Source: Phoronis australis
Lineage: Eukaryota > Animalia > Phoronida
Direction: 5' to 3'
Length of the DNA stretch: 64,000 nucleotides
NCBI GenBank assembly: GCA_002633005.1
Contig: NMRA01000180.1
Span: 45,324-109,323, forward strand
Below are positions 51,901 to 61,085 of the stretch, one piece after another (position 1 is the first letter of the stretch; each line of letters begins with the position of its first letter). The notes under the pieces are model-generated. The model was not told the DNA's origin. It was given only the letters and a program-made list of their open reading frames with translations, and searched no databases. A program made the position numbers and the translations under genes.

Positions 51901-52190
51901 AACGTTATTTAAATTTCCCTCCAGTGTCTATTTTAATCATCACGATTGGTGGTTGAATATTTACATGTATGTCATGCTTTAGTTCTGGTTGACATGAGTG
52001 CATGCTATATTTCAGGAGAAATTCATGGAAACAAAAGATCGGTTTATGCTGCACGAGAAGCCAGCTTGACTTTTCGTCTCACAATACCTCCTTCGATTCG
52101 ACATTTGCCAATACCGGTGCACACAGGGAAGACAATGCAGGGCTCGGTGAAACAGGCGACATTCTAAATCTCCCCGTTATAAACGTTTAG
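36763..52190 (+). CDS. Spliced gene (5' end missing): PLAT/LH2 - 30x TSP1 - TM - cytoplasmic tail, type I membrane glycoprotein (hemicentin/SCO-spondin-like TSP1 array)
   Basis: Exons 36763-36919, 40033-40120, 40811-40907, 41598-41768, 44316-44486, 44715-46937, 47151-47321, 47864-50086, 51102-51414, 52016-52190. All have AG/GT boundaries and compatible phases, giving one open frame of ~1,930 codons. Confidence 0.85.
37581..39985 (+). mobile_element. Old Helentron-type element (family C) with internally repeated modules, intronic
   Basis: 5' palindrome atgcgcccacat...atgtggtcgtat; TGTCCGG-like microsatellite; repeated modules (gatttcaatgaaagttgacac...gcagcacctcctagtggcc) at ~38150, 38445, 38595, 38920, 39395; 3' sub-TIR gtgggcgc at 39952 followed by a small hairpin. 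Confidence 0.55.
39190..39250 (-). pseudogene. tRNA-derived SINE-head-like fragment
   Basis: Minus strand tgtggcccagtgtg (A-box-like) ... gtgggttcgagcc (B-box). Confidence 0.5.
40033..40120 (+). CDS. Exon: PLAT domain, middle part
   Basis: Long polypyrimidine tract + ag. TDAFLIPEDCGILFKIALRQTGADWKLQA matches PLAT TD-x-F...D-x-G...I-x-L...W-x-L. Donor gca|gtaagt. Phase 2 in, phase 0 out. Absent from the ORF track. Confidence 0.85.
40811..40907 (+). CDS. Exon: PLAT domain, C-terminal part
   Basis: gacag| VKITDYDRSNTQYQFHCDCSINELNPYEIKRT matches PLAT V-x-I-x-D...Y-x-F-x-C. Donor g|gtaggt. Phase 0 in, phase 1 out, joining in frame to VNGGW. Confidence 0.85.
41598..41768 (+). CDS. Exon: TSP1 repeat 1 (171 bp, phase 1-1)
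   Basis: VNGGWTSFGPYTRCSTTCGTGRRTRQRSCTNPKPYNGGAHCSGHSIETKSCFTKNCP; ctgcag| and |gtatat. Confidence 0.92.
41811..43650 (+). mobile_element. Palindrome-headed dispersed repeat, copy 2 (intronic, interrupted by a nested MITE)
   Basis: 162-bp imperfect palindrome 41811-41972 (atagattattacatg...gggcgttagcccc...catgtaataatctat), then a body collinear with 34500-35015. Homology resumes at 43546 after the insertion. Confidence 0.8.
42523..43545. mobile_element. Nested ~1-kb TIR element with GTCCGAATTTCCCC subterminal repeats
   Basis: Absent from the homologous position in copy 1 (~35015). Ends taaactcggac / gtccgaatttacccgaac are inverted. Motif recurs at ~42917, 42952 (reverse), 43289, 43311, 43332, 43527. 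Confidence 0.7.
44316..44486 (+). CDS. Exon: TSP1 repeat 2 (171 bp, phase 1-1)
   Basis: VDGGWSGWSGWYSCTVHCGGGTQTRVRSCTNPRPAYDGSTCPGSAKEVRDCNTHNCS; ttcag| and |gtaaat. Confidence 0.92.
44715..46937 (+). CDS. Giant exon A1: 13 tandem TSP1 repeats (2,223 bp = 13 x 171)
   Basis: Open frame of 13 57-aa units, each with WxxWxxWxxCSxxC...C...C...C...C; ttttag| and |gtttgt; phase 1-1. Confidence 0.95.
47151..47321 (+). CDS. Exon B1: single TSP1 repeat (171 bp, phase 1-1)
   Basis: VNGGWNTWNRWGACSATCGGGVQVRNRTCNKPEPQYNGTDCDGAGSETLGCNFHDCP; tttcag| and |gtaaaa. Confidence 0.88.
47477..47630 (+). pseudogene. TSP1 pseudo-exon C1
   Basis: NTWGSWGDCTLSCGGGQQLR...TNPTPSHYEEDCKG is recognisable across frameshifts. 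No AG acceptor or GT donor at the expected positions. Confidence 0.8.
47864..50086 (+). CDS. Giant exon A2: 13 tandem TSP1 repeats (duplicate of A1, offset 3,149 bp)
   Basis: tttcag| at 47863. Open from VDGGWADWSQW to FLRHCP; |gtttgt. Same 2,223-bp length, no stops or indels. Confidence 0.95.
50247..50417 (+). pseudogene. TSP1 exon B2, probably non-functional (splice donor lost)
   Basis: Open 57-codon paralogue of B1, but followed by ttagac where B1 has gtaaaa. The conserved RNR motif has changed to RKP. Confidence 0.65.
50543..50718 (+). pseudogene. TSP1 pseudo-exon C2
   Basis: AG and GT sites intact, but TGA at 50554-56 replaces the first Trp and the length is 176 bp (171+5, frameshift). 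Confidence 0.85.
51102..51414 (+). CDS. Exon: last TSP1 repeat, linker and transmembrane helix
   Basis: VDGQWSKWSGWSKCSQSCGKG...CTVEKFC, then IIALSSTAGVMFVAIVVIPPCIFF; ttttgcag| and ag|gtgagt (phase 2). Confidence 0.9.
52016..52190 (+). CDS. Terminal exon: cytoplasmic tail
   Basis: tttcag| phase 2 gives RRNSWKQKIGLCCTRSQLDFSSHNTSFDSTFANTGAHREDNAGLGETGDILNLPVINV*. Basic residues after the TM fit the positive-inside rule. Confidence 0.75.
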
Positions 52191-55100
52191 CCGCCATTTG
52201 TAAAGGCCGACGTGGCAGTGCTAGTCAACCAGCCACAGTTTCATTTCCAATGCCAACGACGATCTGTGACGAACTTGCAAAAGACGGGACTATAAATTAT
52301 CATAAACCTGCGGTACCTACGTGTACATGAAGCCTACATGGGGACATCTTTGTATAAAAAGATAAGGTAGACATATCTGACATTTATCATACCTTTTTCC
52401 ATACATGTATATGGTACAATCGTTTCATTCATTTTGACTCGTTCGTTCACTTCATCTTACGTAGTAATGTTTTAACATTACTATTGCTTGTCATCTATTT
52501 GAGAGAGATTGTTCAAACAAAGACTTGGCCCCAAACATCGGATTTAGTTCTTTAGGCAACTCGTACACTAACACTATTGGCGCTATTGGAGAAGAATGCG
52601 TGCAGCTCTCACCCTTCAGTCACCAGCAAATTTCTCGGCACATCGAAGATTTCACCGTGCCGTCACACATCGAACTGAGATTATAGCTATCCATAGGCTT
52701 GGCCAGATGTGTACTAGTTTCAAAATCAGAAATGGACGACGGAGTAAGGCAAAGACCTAAGTGACTTTTAAAATATATTGGCCACCATAGAATTTCCAAA
52801 ATCAGTCCATTATAAGAGAAGTTATAGTGGTTAGTTATGCGCATTAATTAACTTTTGTGAAACGATGGGTTAGTCACAATCTGGCTTAGGCGCCCCTCTA
52901 TCGTTAGTCGACAAAAATGCCAGCGTAGACGAGTTGCCACATTGTAAGCGTCGTACATGTTGCTATTTGGCACTTACATTACCGTACGTGGCTATTTCGG
53001 TTGAAAAGGTTTTTGTAAACATATATTATGATGATATGCAACGAAAAACTCTGGGCGTCGGAAAGTTTTGCACGGATTAAAAAGGAGATTTGTGCTGAAC
53101 AAAAACAACCCAAAACGCAAGAGGTTATTCGTAGAAAGAATAGCGTCCTATAATTACACTATTAAAGATTCCACGCATCGTTGAATTCGGAAATCTGAAA
53201 CTCAAATAAATGAAAATGGCCGAGGTATGAGCAATCAATGAACATATTTGAACAGCGGTGTGTATGTAATTAGCAGCATCAACACGTCGTATTGAAGAAC
53301 AGTAAGAAAGGCTTTCAACTCAAAACAATGGCTTCCAAAGATGCCGCTGTTAAGGCTTTTCCTTTGAAGGATCCAATTGGCAACCAGGATTCTCCAAAAT
53401 AATCTGTTGATTTTCATATACAGTGTACTTAACAAGAGGATGAAACGAGTCTTTTAAATTTGACGTTCACTTTTGCACCAGTTAGAACAATCGACATTAG
53501 CACGAGCTATTGTTAACTGACATTTTTGTTATGCGCACACGTGTTAGCTTGCCAATCGGAAAACCAAGAACGTCTATGTACGCAATACTTGATAAATTAA
53601 GAGCAATTGTGTCCTGCTTTCAGGGACATCGATTTTTATACAGCTGAATCGTTAGATTTAATTGTGATGAATGTATGTTAATTTATGATGCTTATGAGTA
53701 AAAAGGTACTTGTATAAATGTTTGATGTTTAGGAAACATGTGGCACCACGCTCATGCATTCATACAATGGCGATAAGCATGCTATACATATGTAATGCTC
53801 AATGATGCTCGTTTAGCAATACGGTCACAATTAATCAGCAAAAAATGTCCCCTGTGTTATGTGGATGAATTCCCTTCTGGGTAATACAGTGTCATCCTTT
53901 TTATGCGCACATATCTTTATACGTGAGCGCATATTGCCGCCATCTCTTTTTTGAGCATCCGAAATAAACCGCTTGCAGGATGTTAATGAGATTTGGCAGA
54001 TTTTCGGACCGATCCGACTATTTCCGTGAGCCCTTATGGAAATTTTAGTTTTTTCGGTTGCTTCTTCGATGCATTTTCTTGAACTCTTGCAAATAGACAG
54101 ATTTGACTACTGGTGTCCGTTTAAGCCATTTATTTCTTCAAACACTTCATTGCAAATTAAAACTATTAATAGTGGAAGTATATAAACCACGCTCATACAC
54201 CACTTACTTGGTGCAGGTGCCCCCCCCCCNCCCCCAACTAGTTATTGAGTATATGCAACTACATGTACGAATAGATAGGAAAACTAACCACATTGGTCTC
54301 CGCCATTACTGTATTATGGACAGTAGCGGCACTATGCGGGCGCAGGCGATGAGGAAGTACGAAACACGTAGCACATCAATACAATACCTCCACTACTGCA
54401 CCGTAAATAGTATGCTTCTAGGGGTCATTATTTCCATGTATGTACATGTAATTAGATTAATTAAATCAGTTTTTGGCCACAATAAGATTAAAAACCGGAT
54501 GATCGCCGCACAAGTAAAAAAGTTCATGTTCAATTCAACGTTTCGTCTTCATTAGACATAATCAGAATCACATTTACAACAATTTAGGACAAGTGCCAAC
54601 AAACAGCTTAGGTAGCATCCATAGAGTGAAGTGAGAGATACATATAATATATTCAGTAGCTGGTTATCACCATAGTTGCAGGGTCACTGAGCACTGCATG
54701 TTATTCAGAGAATCAGTGGCATGCTGGTTTATTTGTGCGGTGATCGTCCGGTTTTTAATTAGATTAACGACGGACAACAGAAGGCAAGAGGTTGGCAGTT
54801 AATTAAATTTAACTTGTTAAATGCATTTATCGTCATTATGTTGACACTTGTCTCTTTATTTTGATACTAGTCCTTATCGTTTATTTTGCATTACTCATCT
54901 CTATTTATAGCCTCAATGGCCTACTTTTGTATTCATATGTTTCTCTACGCGACTCCTGATTGGTCGCCAATATTTCCTTTGTTCAGTTCAGTGTGGTCTC
55001 TCATTCAGCCACTTACCTCGTCGTCTACAAGACCCCCCCCCCCCCCCCCCCCCCCGNTCGGTTCCACTTTCTCTTTGCTCATATACATTTCCTGTTAGGT

Positions 55101-57589
55101 TTTTTCAAGTTTTGTGTTCATGTTCATGTTCTGTACTTTTCCTTTAAGCCTTTCAGACAGTTCTTTGTTTTGTTCCCTCTTCCAGGGCTATTCATTGTAC
55201 ACGCCGATGGGCGTTTTGTCCATGCCCATCTTGCAGAGTCTTAGTTAGTTTTATCTATTTACGTCAATATATTATGACAATATTCGCAATCCTCCTCTTG
55301 TTTTACTCTGCAACATAGCTCGTGGCGTACCCCGGGCAAAATAGATTACGATAAATAGTTTAATAAAGTAATACGTGCAAAGATCCAAGGATAGTCACCC
55401 ATAAACCATGAACTGACAACCCGCCGCAAATGTTGCGGATTTAGACGATGTAACTTCATTCGTGGTGTCGGTTTATTGACCTACACTTTTTCCGAGGTGT
55501 TATAAATATCGGCAGTAGTCAGAATTTCTTCACCCGTTATTTTTTATTAAAAGACGCAACGTTCAAAATTAACATGAATAGCATTTGTGAAATTTACGTT
55601 TGTGCCATGTGTTTTTGCAGCCTGCTCCGGCGAAAGCATGTGTCTGGAAGATCGTGCGTCTTCCACTTGAGTGCCGCAAAGCGTCGTGAATGGCGTGATG
55701 GCGTGTCGTTAACAGTTCGCAGGTTCACTGCACGATCCACTGTTCATTTATACTCAGTAGTATTGAGTCAACAGGCAGCAGTTTCTGATTTTCACGTCTT
55801 CAGCTAAATGACCTTTATTTGGATAAGCGCACGTCAGCGAGGAGTTTTTCATGATTCAGTGTCATCGGCGTTTAACTTTGTCAATAATCGTACGTTTGAC
55901 TCTGTTTATTAGATTAGCCATGTACTCGTAAGATCCGATTTGTTGTTGTCAGCGTGTGTTTTTTTATTACCTTCAAATACGAACACAAGCTTGGCGTTCC
56001 CTGACCAACATTCTTCAATATACGAAGACCACGAGCACTGGAATCTTTCTCTAGTGTTACGACCGGTTTAAAGTTATAATTAATGTTCGTGGTCGTAATC
56101 TAGAGATATTATCGTAGTCAATAAATAAATCAATAATATTAATGAATAATAATGAATAGATAAAACTTAACAAATAAATATGTGATAATGCGATTAGAAA
56201 ATAATCAATAAATCTTAAAGCAATACATATATCGTAATAGTAAATATATGTTTTGGATCTGAATGTATTAAGACTTGGTGAATTACAGAAGGAAATGAAA
56301 TAAAGTCAAGTTTATATCCAACCACAGAAGGATAAAAACATTGATACCGTAGCGCGGAAACGGTCATTGTCCGTGGTACTCAAGGGTACTATACGATTCC
56401 CACAAATTAATGCGCGTCAATTTTTTCAAAGCAATTGCGTCTTGAAATTGATGCTCTACAGTTCCCATCATTTAATACTTCTGTTTGGTTCACTTAATGG
56501 CTAAATCTGCATAACTAGGTCTACTATACGTGTACATGTGCGTACTTTCGTAGTAGTTTACGCTCAGATTAAGCGCTTGCGTTTTGCTCTCCAACTGGAA
56601 GTTGCTGGCTCATGCTGACATCTGTTGGGAATTTCTAAAAACTCAGAAAAATGTTTCCGATAGGACACCTATTCAAAGAAGATATTTGCATGCACCAGAC
56701 TTTAAAAAAAACGTTTAGCGACTCCCAATGAACTTCTGCTCATGGTGTCAGGCATGTAACCTCAATCGCACATTTTATCTATTAATTTGAACTTTTAGAC
56801 TGTATGATGATTATGATACGTTTGTTCAAAAAATGTCGTTGTTCACATGGTTTCACTCAAGTGATACGCATAGGAGCGTATGCGTCTAATTCCAAAAAGC
56901 ATTGGCCCTCAACACGTTCTTATATGGTAAAATAAAAATTTGTACTCATTCTGCAAATAATTTCGTGATATATGGCGGCATTTTAAAAATCTTGGAATTT
57001 CTTTCGCACAAATTGTCATTCCAAAGTAGCGGTTTACATTTTAGGTACTTCAGTGGCTCTCGTTTTTTCAAAGAACTTGTGAATCCCCTTAGGGTGGTCA
57101 TTCGACTGATACGTATGTTATTCAGGAGCTGCCAATGCTCAATATTTGCCAATGTCCAAACATTTACGGCAAATATCTGTCATCAGTTATCGATTGTTAC
57201 GATGCTACAGTAAAAATACGATCATGATACTACCATGCAGTTGCGCGCTGTGCTGTATTAGAGGCTTTTCAAATATTTTTCCATTTTGAAGTCAAAAGCT
57301 TATTATGCAATCATACAATTCGCCATTGAATTAATGACTCCTCATTTACGAATACACTGAGTATACGTTTGGTGCTTCCTTTGTCTGTTTTCTTCAGGTA
57401 AATGAGTGTAATGAGTTTTTTCCCGGTGATTATTACCTGTTGCAATACAAATCTTCACTTTTTACAACCAGTTTATTCTGAAATGCAATACAAGTGTCTG
57501 TGATTGTGCATACTCATGGCGGCCATGTAAACTTTACAGCACCAAAAGGCGAGTGATCAGTCTAGAAAGGCAAAGTTCTGGGACCCGTT

Positions 57590-58095
57590 CCAAGAAGCTG
57601 ACGTTGAAGTCAAATCGTGATATTATGTCCAAATTGAACTTAAATGTTTATTTTGGACATAAGAGCACGATTTGTTTTAAGTTTTTTTTAATATTCCTTT
57701 TGCGTTCCAATAACCAACCTTAGCTAAGACTGCCTTACGTTTTTGTTTTAACTTTGAGTCAATTCTCACCTTGACCTAAATCTAACTTAAGTTTGTCAAA
57801 ATGGTTACCTTTCACACTTGTCAGGGAAGAAATGTAATCAAACAGAGGTTATCGAGATTGGCTTGAATATGATTCATTTGTTGCGCCCTTTAGAAATGAC
57901 AGGGCTGCATATGACACTCTATTTACTAATTTGAGAGATAAAATTGAATCCGAGTGAAAGAGAGGAAATTCATTGGCAAAGGAGAAACAACTTGCTGTAG
58001 CGTTGAGATTTTACGCATCGCACCGTTTCTAAATTGTCGTCAGTGATGTGAAGGGTGTCAGCCATCCAGCTACTCTTCAGACATGTGGAGATTGT
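57590..58095 (+). mobile_element. Truncated PIF/Harbinger element with HARBI1-like transposase fragment
   Basis: Starts gggacccgttccaagaag with an internal hairpin (aaatcgtg...atgtccaaa / tttggacat...cacgattt). 57868-58090 reads FVAPFRNDRAAYDTL...SLAKEKQLAVALRFYASHRF*IVVSDVKGVSHPAT, the Harbinger N-terminal QLxxALRFYASGxFQxVxxDxxGVS motif, with two stops. Confidence 0.8.
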
Positions 58096-59772
58096 CAAAA
58101 ATCTGGTTTGTAATGACATATTTTAACCTTAATTTCTGGGTTCAAGAGTGAAAGCGAATTCGGATTATGGTACCCTCAAATGCACTGAGGCAATTGTGAA
58201 GTTTGTGATTTTAGGTAAAAAAGCCCCAATCAAACTTTTTGGTCATTTTTAGCATTTCATTTTTCCGGTGGACGTAGCTAGGTAAAACTATAAGGCTTTG
58301 TTGAATTTCTTCATCTTCGACGCTTTTGTCCTTTATGTCATTTCTCAGGAATCCTGAGACAGCTGTGCAAACAAATACTTTCATTGACCCAGACTAGTGA
58401 TAAGGTCTACATCAGTAACTCGAACTATGTGGTCTTTGCCCTTCAAGAGTGATCCAATGTGGCGGCCGAACAGGCGAGTTTTCTTAATTAAAATAGCTGG
58501 AAAGTTAAAAATACACTTTAAAATCGATAAATGCAGATTTCAATGCTTAACTGAACGTTCAGTTAGTAACGACACAATCATTAAAAACAAATGGAACGAA
58601 CATAGAGCGCAGACAACGCATGAACTAGTGGAGCGCGAATTTCACCGGTCTTGCCCGTTTTTTGCCGAACAATTCCGACTTCCATCTGACAAACGCACTT
58701 ATTTCTCGAAATAAACGTAACAGGTCTTTTGAGTGAGTAATTTTCGCGGTTCATTTCAAAATCCGGAAATTATGTATCCTCTACAAGTAAATCGACGAAT
58801 CATAAAATGCGGCCAATTGTAAGCACTCATTTTTGAAAATATTTTGGCGGAACCATCCAATAAAATGAAATAAGCTAAATACTCACCGAGATAACAATGT
58901 TGAAATTCGCCCAAAGACAAGTTGCACGAGCTTTACCAACAAAAATCAAGAAACAAAGTCAATCCATAAATTTATCAAAACGCTAAAATAAGGCCCGGAT
59001 GATGACTTCGAGTCCGTCGGACAAAAACAACTCAAAAGCGCCCGAGCGGACGCCTGCCCTCACCCGACGCCTCATTCCTCTTCGTTCAGGGACTGAAAAG
59101 CGCCGGTTCTGCGGCCGCATCAAGCTGAGTGCAGTGATGGCTTCGGTAGGACTTGGCGTACTCAATTTTTTTGCAGATAGACAAACAGGCTCAGGCTCGG
59201 AACTGGAGCTAGTTCACCATTTCACTACCAACTTTCACATGATAAAAAATAGAATTCTTTTATTCTTGGTCTTACTACAACATCAATATCAGCTGGTTCA
59301 GCACTCTCGATTGGCCGGTTACGTAATGTTTGTTGACAGGGTTAGATTAGAGCTAGTGTCCGCCCCAGTTGTCAGTCACTGAGTTGGTGAGGACTCGAGC
59401 CACACTTACTGAGGCTTGGTCAAATATAGCTACAAAAACAACTATGGATTTTCAGAATGATTGTAGTTTTCTTCATTATACTGTGCATCAAGAATTAAAG
59501 ATTAGGATGACATAAAATTTACAAAACAGTCAAAATTAATTTTTGTGTATCCACCTACCTTAACATGATTTGAAAAAGCAAAAACAAAACACACAGGTCC
59601 TTTGTAGCCTCAGTTTATTGCACCATTTGTAACATATATAGATATCGTGCTGCAAACCTTGTTTAAGAACAGAGTTGACTGCTGTACAAGAACTTTGAGT
59701 GTGTTCCAGTTGAATTTCTTTTGTTGAAAACACTGTTGTTTTATTGTATTATATGTGCATTGAAAATGACAT

Positions 59773-60100
59773 GATAGGAAATCCTAATGGATTTCTTAAA
59801 AGTCTTAAAAGAATTCCTATAGGGTTTCCTATAGGGTATTCTAAAGTATTTCTATAGGGCCCTATTGGATTTCCTATAGGAAACCTTATAGGATGGCCTT
59901 TTCCTGAAACCTTATAGGATTTCCTATATGATGCAATAGGAAATCCTGTAGGATCGTATAGGAATCCTATGGATAATCCTATAGGAATTCCTTCAGGTTA
60001 CAATAGGAAATCCTATAGGATCCTTTAGGAATCCCATAGGATATTGGACCAAAATCCAATTGGATTCCTATTGAATCCTATAGGAAATTTTTCATAAGGG
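59773..60100. repeat. CCTATAGG-based ~11-bp subterminal repeat array, probably one end of an EnSpm-like element
   Basis: Many degenerate TCCTATAGGA units, ending aatttttcataaggg. No matching opposite end was found in the window. Confidence 0.65.
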
Positions 60101-60879
60101 CTGGATGCCTGTAATGCGACACCTACCGGCTAATAAACAGAAAAAACATGTCACAGCAAGTGAATAGGCATGAATAGTTAATACTCAGAGCAAAACAATG
60201 CCCGGACATATCTAATAGCACAAGGCAAAGCAAGACTCCTGGTGCTGCTCACTCGGAACTGCGACTGAATTCGATATAATGTGAAGACAAACAAAGAGAT
60301 CAAAATACAGAGAACCGTGTACTTCCTGGTCTACTAGAACATTACAAGAGTTCAGTAAACAATACGATAACCAAAAGCCCCCAAAATAAACCTAAATAGA
60401 CAACATGCAAAGCGCGTCTTTCTCACTTAAACGTACGAATTGAATAGTCTATGAAGGCCTACCGGATCGTAACCAACGCCTCCTGTGGTCAAAACATGAA
60501 ACTAGTGCTGGAACAAAATGCCAAGTAGTAGGCGCCATCTATTGACAACAAACGTCATAAGACAAATCTCTTTGACCTAACAATAATTGTGCAGTTACCA
60601 CTAATTGTTTTCTCCCACAGAGTTGAGATTGAGAAGGAATGAGATTGACAGTACTCATCTAGCTACAGGTAGAGAATAATTTTTGAAGTGCTTAGTAGTT
60701 CCCAGTGCTACGCACAGCTGCAAATGCGTAGTAATTAATATTAATATCTTTTTCATTCACGCATTTTAATTTTATTTGCCTGGGTCTAAAATGTCATGCC
60801 ATCCTACTCACCAGACACATTTAGCAGCAAGGCATGTTGAGAACACACAAAGGTATCATACAGGATGCGGATATATTGC

Positions 60880-61085
60880 CAGGGAAAGCGTCTTTTTACC
60901 CTTAACTCGGTGAACATCTGACTGGATGGAGAGTCAAATGGAACTACCAGAATGATCTTAACAGCCTGTTTCTTGAATCTTTATAAGCTTATTAAATATT
61001 GGTTGAGCAGCCAGACCACTCAGTACAATAATGCAAACAATGGGTAACACACAGGGAACATGAAATCTCAATTTGCCCTCTCTAG
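60880..61085 (-). pseudogene. LINE (CR1/L2-group) ORF2 C-terminal relic
   Basis: Minus-strand fragments FHVPCVLP..., FNKLIKIQ(K)QAVKII and FDSPSSQMFTEL resemble the post-RT region (LP..YC..W...L.KL...QK.A.R.I...S..LF..L). Frameshifted. Confidence 0.5.

Noticed and set aside
59773-60100. CRISPR-like array
   Set aside because: Contiguous degenerate ~11-bp units with no unique spacers, no cas genes and a eukaryotic context.
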